Positions 12,306 to 24,989 of a DNA stretch of 64,000 nucleotides are shown here, one piece after another. This stretch comes from Antedon mediterranea. Taxonomy: Eukaryota; Animalia; Echinodermata. The stretch is taken from the NCBI RefSeq assembly GCF_964355755.1, contig NC_092672.1, positions 17,931,237 through 17,995,236 on the forward strand, in the 5' to 3' direction. Numbering within the stretch: position 1 is the first letter of the stretch; every line of letters begins with the position of its first letter. The translations under genes and the position numbers were made by a program. The notes under the pieces are model-generated. The model saw only the letters and a program-made list of their open reading frames with translations, was not told where the DNA came from and made no database searches.

Positions 12306-12441
12306 GCTTTACTCCTGATGTAAAATTATGGGAAGTAGTGTTTAACAGAAGCAATGAATTTACAGAAGTTCGTCGAGCTATGGAACTCAAGGGTCACTCT
12401 GCTAGTGTTTATTACTTTTCCTTCAATCTAGATTCTACCAG
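12306..12441 (+). CDS. TBL2: TBL2 exon (FTPDVKLWEVVF...ELKGHSASVYYFSFNLDSTR)
   Basis: AAG acceptor, gtatat donor. Contains the TBL2-diagnostic FTPDVKxWEV and ELKGHSA motifs. Confidence 0.95.
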
Positions 12442-12574
12442 GTATATTAATTATACACCATACTTGTCTATGTGTAGTAATTTTAAGCTTCTACACTACC
12501 ACTCACCTATGACCCTTTATCTGATTTCTTTAACACATTTACTGTAGTTTTTTCTTTCTTTGTACTGTCATTAG

Positions 12575-12624
12575 AATGGCAACTGTATCTAAAGATGGTA
12601 CTTGGAAATTGTGGGACACAGATG
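12575..12624 (+). CDS. TBL2: TBL2 exon (MATVSKDGTWKLWDTD)
   Basis: ttag and gtaagt sites. Near-identical to TBL2 MASVSKDGTWKLWDTD. Confidence 0.95.
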
Positions 12625-13010
12625 GTAAGTGAAGTGTGTGTTTGTTTTAGTATTATCTTAAACTGAAGTTGTCAAAATTAAAGATAATTGTTAAAAATCT
12701 TCTCTTTAGAATTTTATTGCTTATAAATTATATATACTGGTAAAGACAATATTGTATTTTAAAATTTATATATATATATTTATCAATTTCTTAACTTGCC
12801 ATGTAACCATTAATATTTTAACTTTTTAGGTGAACACATCATGGATTTTTGAACTGTTTTCTTTTGTAATGTTTTTTACATCTTATAACAAAATATATGA
12901 AATTGAAACTCCAATTATTTGTACAATTCCCGGTTTTTCCTATTTTTTTCACAAATAGTCTTGACTACTACTATGCAAATAACTAACATTTGTCTTGTAC
13001 TGTATTGTAG

Positions 13011-13193
13011 TGGAGTATATGAAACAACAGGATCCTTATCTTCTTTGTACTGGATCATTCAATCATACTGAACCTAGTCGAATTTGTCTATCCTACGACT
13101 CGCATAGTATTGCCATAGCAACTCATGCAAATATCTATGTATTTAATGCTGAAGAGGGGGTTTTAGATCATGAATATCATGATGTTCATGCAT
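13011..13193 (+). CDS. TBL2: TBL2 exon (VEYMKQQDPYLLCTG...HDVHA)
   Basis: tgtag and gtaagt sites. Matches TBL2 VEYKKKQDPYLLKTG. Confidence 0.93.
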
Positions 13194-13325
13194 GTAAGTT
13201 ATTTATTTTTGTCTTAGTATAGTTCAAATTTAGCTGTGTGGATGTGTTAAAATTAAGGTAATGGGTTAGGGTTAGAAATCTAAGCTAATCAATCTTAGTA
13301 GTATACTGTTATATATGTTTTTCAG

Positions 13326-13512
13326 TACCGATTACTTCAATAGCTTTTAGTCCAAGTAGTTACTATCTTGTATCAAGCGGGGATAGACACATACAAGTAT
13401 TCCACAACATCACTGGTTACAAGGCCAATATAGCTGAGATGGAAAAGAAACTTGTAAAAGCTACTAGTAATACTGTTAAAGATCGCTTAAATTTACAGCT
13501 TAAAACTGAAAG
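13326..13512 (+). CDS. TBL2: TBL2 exon (PITSIAFSP...SGDRHIQVFHNITGYKA...RLNLQLKTE)
   Basis: ttcag and gtaagt sites. Matches TBL2 GDRAVRLFHNTPG and the C-terminal coiled region. Confidence 0.92.
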
Positions 13513-13862
13513 GTAAGTTTTTTGTGTTATGTAAAATTTATATTATTGTCAACATAACAGCCAACTAAATAATTGATCTATACTTCAGTGCACATACATT
13601 GTAGTAATAATCGTATTGAAATGTTTATCTAATAAATGTTGCAGTATGTTCATAAATAAAAGGAAGAATTGTTAAGAAAATGAATGTCCATAATAAAATG
13701 TTCTCCAGACAAAGAAGATATATTAATATTTATGAAGATTTGTAATTGTAATTATATTAATGTATGTATATTTAAAACACCAACAATTCTAGGTAAATAA
13801 ATAATAATAAAATATAAAACATGTATTAATAATGATAATTTAGTATATTTTCCTTTCTGCAG

Positions 13863-13875
13863 TAAATTGAGCTAA
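13863..13875 (+). CDS. TBL2: Putative TBL2 terminal coding exon (SKLS-stop)
   Basis: Strong acceptor ttttcctttctgcag and correct phase give an in-frame TAA. Too short to confirm by homology. Confidence 0.4.
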
Positions 13876-13924
13876 ACCATTAAGATAGTTGAGCTAAACC
13901 ATTAAGACAATTGAGCTAAACCAT
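13867..13924 (+). repeat. 22-bp tandem repeat, about 2.6 copies (ttgagctaaaccattaaga...)
   Basis: Units start at 13867, 13889 and 13911. Confidence 0.85.
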
Positions 13925-14681
13925 GTTTTAAAATCTAACACCAAACAAAATGCAATAAGCAAAACAATTAAGACGTCTGTGAAATATCCTTAAGTTCTAA
14001 TGTGTTTTTTCCCAGAGAGAAACTAGAATCTATCGGAGTAAATGGTTCAGCATAGTATTGAGAATAAACAGTGCAGTTTACAACATTCAGTGGGGCCAAG
14101 AAATATTCCCACTCTAATTTCAATTTCAACACACACTTGATTTTATTAATCAGCATGTAATTATTGAATAACTTAAAATTGTAAAACTGAATTTTACCTT
14201 ATTATTACCTTATATTGTTATTATCAACCATACTGGTAAACATATAAATATTGCAAGCCTTTGTTTTATTATTGTTTTAGCTTTATTAGAAAATGTATTA
14301 TGTGATTCTAAATAAAGGTCTGCCAATGATAATTTTATAGTTACTGTATGAAGATGTATCATTGTTTTCCAAATATCCAAATATAAGCTTGTCACTTCAT
14401 TTCAATGTGTAAATCAATTGACCAAGTAAGCCTAGCATTATTTTGGTTTTCTTTTCATTTGTACAATATTTCAATGTTAATGCAGGAATATCCTTTTCCG
14501 AACTGATTTTAACCAAATACAAAAATGAACTAAATTTAATTTTGTCACTACTGTATGACGATTTATAGGTTATATGCATTGATTTAAATAAAGATAACTG
14601 ATTTTTAAAGGATATATTGATCATGGAATGCCATGGATTGATTCTGTCAGAATCTTTAATTATTTATAATATGAAAGATAG

Positions 14682-15235
14682 AATCTTGCTAACGCAAATA
14701 CAATAGCCAATGCACATCAAGCTATATACCCTTGAATAAAACAATCCGATCAAAGATCCCTCCGTGTATATGTCGTAAACCACCCTTGTTACATAATAAT
14801 AAAGATATAAATTAAGTTTTCTCTACATTGCATTATGAATCATGTGTATAATTTACACACTATAAGAAATAAAATGAAACAAACAATACAGATATAACAA
14901 ACAAAATCTTGTTTCGTTTCCCACCAAGACACACCTGACTAAAAGTTGAAAGATCATAATTTTTTACTATGATGACATCTATGATTTCAAAGTGTCATGT
15001 CAAAGTATATACTTTTAACTTTCATATATGAACATTTTAAAGAGAAATGTTAATGTTAAGTTTGTTATTTCGGTTTAATGACGTACTCAACTTTGTTTCT
15101 CTCTTAATTTCATTATAAATTATACATGATATATACACTTTAAGAAAATGAAATGAAAAATAGGGTTCACCAAGCATTCTGACGATCTATAAAAATTTAG
15201 CATATTTTCACCATTTTGTTAACTTGCATGTGCGT
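14682..15235 (+). repeat. Dispersed repeat, copy 1
   Basis: gctaacgcaaatacaatagcc...aatccgatcaaagatccctc...aaatttagcatattttcaccattttgttaactt is colinear with 42144-42862. Confidence 0.8.
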
Positions 15236-16747
15236 AGCCGGTCACTTTTGACGTGCTCGTATAACATGGTTTCAATTTAAAAAGTGAATAAATATGATGA
15301 AATTGCTAAAGAAATGTAAAATAAAACAGAAACCGGGCAAAAAAGTGGGCGTTTAATGCGCAGTGCCCATGCAAAAATCTACACTCAAAATTGCCATAAA
15401 TGTACTCTAATTTCATCGAAAATAAATTGTAAAAGTTTTAAGTGTTCGTACACATGCGTTGTATGGACTAGGCACGTAATTGTATTGCCATATGATGAAA
15501 CATGAGCTGAAATTTATGAGTACCAAATTTGGTTTAATTATAATACATGCTTGTGAAGATATGATTACAAACGTGATTTCGTTAAATTACGCACCATGAA
15601 AAGATAATCCCGGCCATAATGAATATACTTCGAAAAATTGACGTAGCTAGATGAAATTGTTCCCAAGATAATTGAATGACAAAAATAATGCTACGGGAAT
15701 AAATAAAGATTCTGACAAAATCAAAAAGTATATACATAAGAATGCATATAACCTAATTAAAGAATGCTTCTGAAATAAGTGGTGCTTGAGTCCATAACCA
15801 CCAGATCATAAGTCTAATCAGTTGGTGTGTTAGTGTATTGTGAACATATGTCTTTAACAAATATCCCTTTTTATTATTGCTTCTAATTTTGTGTATTTTT
15901 CTTCTTTTTTAAACATAATTTCTTTAAAATAGGTTTTCATTTAACTTCAATAAAATAAAATGAACATGAAACTGTTTTTATTTCTGTTTGTAACATCGTA
16001 TTAATTGTCTCGGTTATCATCTCAGAGTCATTGATTGAATGTCCAGAATGTTAATTCACAGAGGACGTAAAATCGGATAAGTACTGAAATATTTTATTGT
16101 CACCCGGAAATCAGTGGTTGGATCTCAATGGAGATACAAAAAAAAAGCGAAAAGCTAAATCAAAACGATAAAGTAAAACAGCCACAAAAGTTATCAGTAC
16201 AAGTGAAGGAATTTGGATAACGTCATAGTATAAGAACTGGCAAGTGCTGCCTGGGTGGACAGGAATAAAAGAAATACAACAAAAGGTGGAGTCTGAATAA
16301 GAGTAGAAAACAAAGAAGATAGCTTGGTAGAGATATAAACAATTTTGGAATGATACTAAAAAACATTTTAAATGGTGGTTAATATTCAATGGAATAATTT
16401 TACCGATCTGGGAGTATGTTCCTAATGTTAAGTCCAAAAGGTTTTGTGGTTTTAAGTTAATTCCCAGTGGTTTTCTTTGTCTTTGCGAGTTTTGTCGCTC
16501 CATTTGACATCGTGGTCTATTGCAATAACTCTGAAATTTGCAATCGAGTGACCAGCTGAATTAAAATGTTCGGCTACAGGTTGATCAGCTTTAATGTTTG
16601 ATAGCTGATCTGTCTTGTGTCATTCTCATACGGAGAGTGTTTTTTGTTTCCCCGGTGTACTGTTTGCCACAAATATTACAGTATATGAGATAAATAACGA
16701 TAGATAAAAGCCCAGTGGTATAATTGTTATGGCAACTGCATGACATT

Positions 16748-17239
16748 AGAGAGGTTTCGCAATCTTACGAATACGAAAACGGATACGTCACTGCACACGT
16801 ATTCGTTTTCGTAGACCATAAAAAAATCTGTGCAACGAAATATTGAGGCGCGTCCAAAATATGACTGCGGTAAATTTGAGCGAAGCGAAGGTACGTGTTG
16901 CTTGGTGCTTGGCTGCCTACTAGGCCTAGCGTAACATCAAAGCGAGCGAGGACTTTAAAAACTGCTATTTATCTAAATTGACCTGCCATTTTAGTAAATT
17001 ACTTTAGTAAATTACTTTCAATAAATCTATAATTATATTATAATCATGAATCATTCCTAATTCAAATGCAAAATGTGCAAAATAGATCAAAAACTATACT
17101 CGTTTTGTAGTTACGAATATGACTGGTGATATTCGTCAACACGAATACGTTTTACGAATATGAAATGGGGATCAGCTCAAAAGTTTCACAAATGTATGAC
17201 GTTTTCGTTATCGTATTCGTAAGGTTGCGAAACCTCCCT
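16748..17239. mobile_element. PIF/Harbinger-like MITE, copy 1
   Basis: About 43-bp TIRs (agRgaggtttcgcaatcttacgaatacg / cgtattcgtaaggttgcgaaacctccct) with ATT/AAT flanks. Confidence 0.8.
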
Positions 17240-17300
17240 AATGCTGTGGGTATCAGTGGCTGGATCTCAATAGATAAAGTAAAACAGCCAGAAAAGTTAG

Positions 17301-17333
17301 CAGAGCTTTCGGGCAACACTAGCCCTTCATCAG
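17301..17333 (-). ncRNA. Minimal type-I hammerhead ribozyme core (Penelope pLTR-associated)
   Basis: Minus strand reads CUGAUGA-A-GGGC-uagugUU-GCCC-GAAA-GCUC. The 5' arm of stem I appears replaced by an adjacent repeat. Confidence 0.7.
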
Positions 17334-17637
17334 ATATAAAAAAATCACAGGCACAGAATAAATTCTAAACCGCCCGGTGATATACTGAAATTTAATTAAT
17401 TAATTTGAAACGATATATATCTATATCACCGGGCGGTTTAGAATTAATGTTCTTTGCCAGATGTTTATATATACTGTATATAAACTAATGGTAGCAGCAT
17501 CTTGTATATTATATATATATATTTAAACACAACAGGCATAGAAATAAATTCCAAACCGCCCGGTGATACACTGAAAATTATTTAATTAATTTTTGAAACG
17601 ATAAAGATGAGGAAATCTGGGAGAATGTGAAAAAGTC

Positions 17638-17708
17638 GCCCCAACCGAGACTCGAACTCGGACCGTCTGCTTTATATGCAGTTGCCCTAACCATTAGACC
17701 ACTGGGGC
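17638..17708 (-). tRNA. tRNA-like cloverleaf within repeat unit (anticodon position ATA); probably not a functional tRNA
   Basis: 7-bp acceptor stem, D arm, perfect T arm with TTCGAGT loop, followed by a T-run. Confidence 0.55.
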
Positions 17709-17758
17709 TTTCATGGTATTGTTCTTTAACTCGATCGGATAACGACCCTTTAACATTC

Positions 17759-20688
17759 TAGTCCAGTCCCTAAGGGGAGAAAAAGGGGTGGGATGTTACC
17801 AGACTGGATACAAATTTTTCAATATAGCAGTTTGGTAGAGTATAGTGTGGAGATGCCAAAACAAAGTTACTGGAAATCTGATTTGACCTCTGTGACCTCT
17901 GACCTCAATTTTTATATTTTTCTATTATATAACTAAAAATCGCCATACCTTGACAACGCATGGACATTTTACATTAATTTTTTTTTCAAAATGCTTGGAA
18001 GATATATATTTATATTCGCTATAATGAAAAAAATTGTACAAAAATGGCCGCAAAGGCTTTATTTTTCAGTTTGACCTTTGACCTTGATTGCCTAATATCT
18101 CAATAACACGCAATCTCAGAGATTTGAGAATGGGCTCAAAATGTTAAGAAAATAAATCTAATATTTAGTCTAATAGAAACTTTTTTCAAAAAATTACCAT
18201 AAATTAAGCTTTCTTGACCCTTGACCTCAAATGTTTGAATATGTCAATATCTCGGTAACTATTTTTCCTAAAAAGTTCAGTTTGGTGTCAAATTGTTTAG
18301 AATATACACATTTATATTTGCTCTAACAAAATATTTTGTCAGAATTCAATTGGAAATGTCATTTTGAGCTATGACCCATCCGTTTTGCATATATTTAGCA
18401 ATTAATAATCTATAAAAAGAGATCGAGAGATGGGAGGGGGTTGGGGTGGATGGAGAGACACATTTTTTTTACATGTTACACAAATGTTAAACTCTGTCTG
18501 CACTATAACATTTTTATGCGACAAAAAAATGTGATGTGCCCATATATGGACACGATGAATGACATATCACTACCATATTTGGGCACATCACACCTTTTTT
18601 GTTAAACTAGTTTATAGTGTAGACAAACATGTAAAAAATATGTGTCTCTCCATCATCCCAACCACCTCCCCCTCTCTCGCTTTTCCAATGCTACTGCATG
18701 CATCTATACACATCAAAATGGCCGGAATTGTACTGGAAAGTTTTTAGCTACATTTGAAAATAAGTCCCAGAGGATGGGTGTATTGTAATGTTATCAGAAT
18801 TATGGCAATTGTTTGTAATGGGAAAGTTTTAGAACTACATTTGAAAAATTTGCTAATAATATCACATGCTATTAAAGATATAGGCCTACTTATTTTCCCC
18901 CTGACAAAAGCATTTGACAAATATTTTTGTTGAATATGCAATTTTAATGTCACACATAATAGTTTCACCAAAAATTGGATTGAAAAAAATGATATAGTGC
19001 ATACCCAAAAAAACTGTAATTCAAAGCAAAAAATAGGCTGGAAGTCAATGTGATTTTGGTTAAATTAACTGTTTATTGTGTCTTTAAAGTGATATTTACT
19101 CTATTTTTTAGATTAGCTCTTTGATTAAACACCTCTTCCAATGCAGTGAAGATCTTAAGTGTCGCCTTGTCTTACTAATCTTCCTTAACTTCTCTTTGAA
19201 CGATCGTAATCAATATTTGTTGAGGTATAATATTTCCCTCAAATGCTTTCTGATAATCTCTAAATCAAAGATTTGGTGATATTCATTTCCTTTTTATTTT
19301 AGTTGATTGACAAACTGTATAAGATGGTCCTACAAAGCCATATATATTGGTTTATTTACTTCTAGTTGGTCTCTGATTTTGTTTTTTGATTACTTTTGTA
19401 AATTATTTGTGTACATGTGATAATGTTCGTTTGGTCGGTAATGGTTGATGTCAGTTTTGTCATGTTTCTGTTGATTAAAGTATAATTATCATTGCTTCTC
19501 TTCATTTCTTCTGGTTAGAAAGATGTTGTTGTATAGTGTTATGAGCTGGATGTGTTATTGCCTGATCAAGCCAAGATGGTAATTTTGACTGCTCACTGGT
19601 TTGTTTTCCTTTTATATTCCACTAAAGTATGTTCTTGAAAAGAAATCAGCTTTGTAATTAATTTGTCTTTGATCCTTTTCAGATTTCTAATATTTTAAAC
19701 ATATGTTTTTCTTTTCTTCGCTTTTTCCTCACTGTTTCAAACATTTTATTTTTTCAGCATACTTCAAGCAATGAATTGATAATTAGGTCATATGTTTTAT
19801 GAGTATCAAATCGCATTGGTTAATTCTTCTTTTCTTTCTTTAAGATCTTGATTTTCTTTTTTTTTTTAATGTTATTTAACTTTAAGTTTATCTAATTTTT
19901 TGTTGATATTAAGTGTTGCTCTTACGGTGTAGGCCTACCATGCGATGGAATTATATATATTGAAATTAAATTAAACATAAAGTTTTAAGAAAATTGTAAA
20001 AGGCTAAATAGGATATTGAATGTAGTTCTGGTCCATTAAATCTATATTTTAGGTATATTATTATAAGTATGACACACGCACGCTTTACAGTATATCCTGG
20101 TTATACCTCAAACTGGCATTTCCAGTAAAAATATGATAACATCTTCTATTAGAGCTAATATAAATTCTGAACATTTTGACACCAAGTTGAACTTTTTATG
20201 ACATTTGGTTACAGAGATACAGACATATTTAAACATTAAAGGTCAAAGGTCAGTAAATGACATTTCCTGTGAATTAGGAAGAACATGTTTAATTAGAGTA
20301 TATATAAATATGTATGCTCTTAACAATTTGAAACAAATTTCAAGAAATTTTGACCAGTAGTTATTGAGATATAGTAAGCCGAGGTCAAAGGTCAAAACAT
20401 TGAGAAATTACATTTCCGGTTGTTTTTTTGAAAAAAAGTTCTATTAGAGCGAATATAAATATGTACCCTCTGATCTATTTGACACCAATATTATTTCAAT
20501 TGTCAAACCCGTTGCGGAGATATGGATGTTTAAGATAGAAATATAAAAATTTAGGTCAGAGGTCACAGAGGTCAAATCAGATTTCCAGTAACTTTGTTTT
20601 GGTATCTCCATATCATGTTCTATCAACATGCCAAAGGGCACACGTGTATCCACTATGGTAACATCATTTCCCCTTAGGGACCGGACTA
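17759..20688. mobile_element. Non-autonomous Academ-type DNA transposon (2.9 kb)
   Basis: TIRs TAGTCCAGTCCCTAAGGGGA / TCCCCTTAGGGACCGGACTA and a 3-bp TSD TTC (empty site visible in the adjacent repeat copy at ~21055). Long subterminal inverted similarity 17850-17920 vs 20540-20610. Confidence 0.8.
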
Positions 20689-20940
20689 TTCTCGGCGTGG
20701 TACGGTTGGAACACAACTAGTCCTCAGTTGTACGCACGCGCACCAGAGATCAAATTGATACGCCCTCATCTATAATTCAGTATATTTATTCACTAAGCGG
20801 GATCTCGAGAGATACTTTTATATATATAAACACAACAGGCATAGAAATAAATTCCAAACCGCCCGGTGATACACTGAAAATTATTTAATTAATTTTTGAA
20901 ACGATAAAGATGAGGAAATCTGGGAGAATGAGAAAAAGTC

Positions 20941-21011
20941 GCCCCAACCGAGACTCGAACTCGGACCGTCTGCTTGATATGCAGTTGCCCTAACCATTAG
21001 ACCACTGGGGC
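20941..21011 (-). tRNA. tRNA-like cloverleaf within repeat unit (anticodon position ATC)
   Basis: gccccag-tg-gtct-aatggtta-gggc-a-actgc-atatcaa-gcaga-cggt-ccgag-ttcgagt-ctcgg-ttggggc, then gacTTTTT. Confidence 0.6.
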
Positions 21012-21314
21012 TTTCTTGGTATTGTTCTTTAACTCGATCGGATAACGACCCTTTAACATTCTCGGCGTGGTACGGTTGGAACACAACTAGTCCTCAGTTG
21101 TACGCACGCGCACCAGAGATCAAATTGATACGCCCTCATCTATAATTCAGTATATTTATTCACTAAGCGGGATCTCGAGAGATACTTTTATATATACCGT
21201 ATATAAACACAACAGGCATAGAAATAAATTCCAAACCGCCCGGTGATACACTGAAAATTATTTAATTAATTTTTGAAACGATAAACATGAAATCTGGGAG
21301 AATGAGAAAAAGTC

Positions 21315-21385
21315 GCCCCAACCGAGACTCGAACTCGGACCGTCTGCTTGATATGCAGTTGCCCTAACCATTAGACCACTGGGGC
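21315..21385 (-). tRNA. tRNA-like cloverleaf within truncated repeat unit (anticodon position ATC)
   Basis: Identical to the 20941-21011 copy. Confidence 0.6.
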
Positions 21386-22089
21386 TTTCATGGTATTGTT
21401 CTTTAACTCTTACATTTAAGAGAGTATTCTACGTGATCTATTTACACTTCACTTTTACTAGAATATGAGAAGAATCGATTCAAGAAGCTATGTTACAGAA
21501 GATGATTTTTTTAGTATTGCCATTACATTATAGGCCCTATTGAATAATTAAACCTAAACATATGATAGTACGGGCAATAATACGTTATAATACACAATAC
21601 GATATAATTATAAAGAAACAGGATAATGCAATAATAAACAGGAACAAAGTATAAATGATGCTGTAAGCGAGGTGTTGCTGTAGATGTGCTTCTGAGAAAG
21701 TGTCGGTAAGGTGTGTGTGGGCTGTTTGAAATCTGGGGAGTATATCTGATTCTGTACATTAGTATATGTCATTACATCATCTATGAGCTTAAAGATTGGT
21801 CATAAGTCTATCCAGGTACTTTTCAGGGGGGATAATCGAGTGTTGAATGATGGATTGGCCCTGTCGAATCTTTGCTTAAAACTGTCTAATTGTTTTACGA
21901 TGTGAACGGTTCTAAGGTCGAATCTTTTGAGATTTAATTATCGACTAAATGGACATATTAAAACATCTGGACAATCTCTTCATTGGACCTTTCTTGGGCA
22001 AGTTCGTGAACCCAATTGAATTGTTTACAAAGGTTGATTTCTCAATTATAAATGTATATCATTACATTACATCCCTCCGGTTCCTCTTT

Positions 22090-23900
22090 TTTTTTTCCTT
22101 TAATTGTTGAACAAGAAACATCACCATTTTTAAAGCCAGTTTATGATTATTTAGCTCATGATATCCTTCCAGCTGATAAGAGAGCGGCTCCTGCAGTTCA
22201 CAATAAGTCAGAGCAGTACATAATTGTGCAACGGTTTACTATTCCGTTTATTTTTTCCAAGCTGTTCCTGAAAATTTAGCAGAGACTATTATTTCTCAGT
22301 ATAACGACAAAATGTTGTAGTAGTCACCAAGCGATGCGTACTTACCTTACTATTAGGAAATTATTTTACATGCCCCTTATGTTCGAGAAAGTCAACAATT
22401 ATACTCAAGCGTGTCTTAGATGTCAACAATTTCGTCCCAAAACCGATAAATTACGTCCTTTACACGATCGAGTGCCAGCAACTTACCGTCCCTTTCATAC
22501 ACTCAGTCTAGATTTCAAAAGTATGCCAACATCACCTTCAGGTTTTAAACGGTAGTATGTGATGAAATTACTAGATTTTTTTTGTGTGTACTTTTGAAAT
22601 CCATTGATGCCGAAACCATTTGTGAAGCACTAATACAAAAGGTCATCAGTATTTTTGGACCCCCATCTCGTCTTATTTCAGATGCAGCAACCTCCCTTAC
22701 TGGAAAAGTATTAACACTTTTATGTAACACCCTTAACATTGATAGGAAAATCATCAGCGTCCATAGGCTTAATCACGGTATTTTACAAGTTGAACGTCAT
22801 ATCCGTATAATATCCGTATCCGTATCGGACCTGTTAAAGGTCAACCTTAACCAATTCGGAACAGATTGGGTTAGATTTATTTCAACATGTTATGCTTATA
22901 GTTCTTTCTCATCCCCCCATCTAGGAAACCACTCCCTTTACGAATTAGTTTTTGGGCGCCAACCTCCAAGTTTGACCTCATTAGCATTTAACCCCATTTC
23001 AGGACTGTCTCATTCTTATGTAGAACACTTTGAACACATGCTAAGAAGAAATTTAAAGACATTTCACAGACAATGCACAGTGCTACAATTACAGCGAACA
23101 CAACAAAACGTTCAAAACTCGAAAATTACCCAACGCTAAATATAAGCTGTGTTTATACAACACCCTATTTGAACACGTCTTTAATTTTTAGCGTGTTGCA
23201 CGGGCCGAGGTCAACCCCACAAAACCCTTGTAGTTAAACATTCAATAGTAATACCGTGTTATACCGTAGTTCATAATCCTAGGTTGTATAATTATACACT
23301 CGCATGCATTATAAATTAATATGAGTTTGTTAGGGAGTTTAATAAAGGATGATTTCGTTCAAAATTTAGTTTATTCAGTTATTGATTTTTAAAATCTGCT
23401 TTTGAAATTAGAAAAAAATATATTTTAGAATTAGGATAAAACTATGCTAAATTATGCCAACATTTGTTTAGCGATTAAATCGGTTTAAATATGCAAACAA
23501 AGCACAATTATCTACTAGATTTGGTCAACATTTTCACAGCACATACTTTTATTTAGCGAGAGGTCAAAACAATACCATGAGGACACTTCCAACACGCCAA
23601 CAGCGACCGGGAATCCACACAATTTTAGGATTCAGCCAAGTAGCCTTTTTTTGCAATTAAAAATCTCATTACACCGAATTATGCGTGTAATAGTCCAATT
23701 TACTCAGTAGGACAACTCGTATATTTATACAAGCCAACATTATACTAACTAACGGCGAATTCAAAGAAAATAGCCGCAGAATGGGTTGGACCATTCATGA
23801 AGTACTAGACACAACATGACGTACCTATTCAATTATAACAGACTGAAACCTGGTTTTATGAGAACACTCAAATAACGCAACAATTTCACACATTTCCGAA
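22090..23900 (+). pseudogene. Decayed Gypsy-type integrase region, interrupted by an insertion at ~23140-23690
   Basis: Zn-finger H...CLRC, PFHTLSLDF, FGPPSRLISD, QVERH, SLYELVFGRQP, then YSVGQLVYLY...WVGPF. Many frameshifts. Confidence 0.85.
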
Positions 23901-24989
23901 AACTTAAAGGGCAAATGCAATGAATGTTGAATGAACCCACTGATAATAAGAGAAAATCCAGAACACCATTGACGTAGTAAATGACAAAACCAACGCTGAA
24001 TTTGTCGACGAACATGATAGGACATCAGACCAATTGCAATCTGATACCTTTACACATCCAACTAAAGTAAAGCCCCTTAACTTGCAACCTTACATTGACT
24101 GTGTAGAGAATAACATGGGATTAGCCCCATTCCAAATGAAAGAAAAACAAATTAAGGAACAAACTAATTTAATTATGACAGCACCCAATGATTCTAATAT
24201 GACATTAAAACCGAGGTAGATTTAAAACAGGACATTTCCAAGTTTTCTTCATATTCTAAACCAAATTCAGCAAAACGTAATACTGAACAGAGAACGAGCA
24301 TCCAATGATCGCACATTTTGGTGGAACATTGACAGATATAACGATACAGATATATTGAGATTATTAACGATAAACAAATACCAATTAGTGGATCGCCAAC
24401 ACGATTCATAAAACGTTTGTATAATGCAACAAGCTACTGATTTTTTTTTTATAATTACGACATTTGCTAATTTATGATAGCATAGTCTACGCATTTGATG
24501 ACATTATTGTTTAGCAATGATGTGATTTTAGTTAAAAGGAGATTGAATGATAAGTATTGATTTTGTAACGAGTTTGATAATGATTAATTTTGAATTTTGA
24601 TGATCGATATATTGAAAAGAACGACAAGCACTTTGTAACAAATAGTTTTTTTTAACTTTTGAGTCGTTAATCTAAAGCATTAATTAATTGATATACAAGA
24701 ACAGGAGATTTTCTTAGTACTTTAAATTATATTGTTTTACATTGAGTACAAAACTCTGTATGCATAATCATAAAACTTTCTCGCGATCTGTGTGAAAACA
24801 CCTCAACCATGACGAGTAAACAATCCCAATTAGCATCATGCATAATGCATACTCGTGGTTTGAAATCTTTAATCTTGTCGCTAGCGACGATTTACCAGAC
24901 GAAATGTAATCAACTTAATTTACCTGTTAATTATGTAAACTTGTTATAATTTCACCATCACTTTTTTGTGTTTAAAAGCACGGCAATAT

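Larger units (their letters stand above)
16100..17333 (-). mobile_element. Penelope-like element remnant: GIY-YIG endonuclease fragment between two direct pLTR-like repeats, interrupted by a MITE
   Basis: Minus-strand VIYLIYCNICGKQYTGETKNTLRMRM...QPVAEHFNSAGH...PLGIN at ~16450-16700. The repeat tcagtggYtggatctcaat...gataaagtaaaacagccaSaaaagtta occurs at 16111-16193 and 17253-17299. Confidence 0.8.
17524..21410 (-). repeat. Head-to-tail array of a ~375-bp (TA)n-bounded unit containing a tRNA-like sequence: two full copies and one truncated copy, the first split by the Academ element
   Basis: Units start taaacacaacaggcatagaaataaattccaaaccgcccggtgat at ~17524, ~20827 and ~21204. Short inverted end fragments at 17345-17470. 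Confidence 0.9.

Noticed and set aside
20941-21011. Bona fide tRNA-Asp or selenocysteine (TCA) tRNA gene
   Set aside because: Purine at position 32, a mismatch in the anticodon stem, an anticodon that differs between copies (ATC vs ATA), no long variable arm, and TCA not centred in the loop.
21080-21102. CTGAGGA on the minus strand of the tRNA-bearing unit as a hammerhead core
   Set aside because: No properly placed stem II plus GAAA; it is simply the loop of an acaact/agttgt hairpin.
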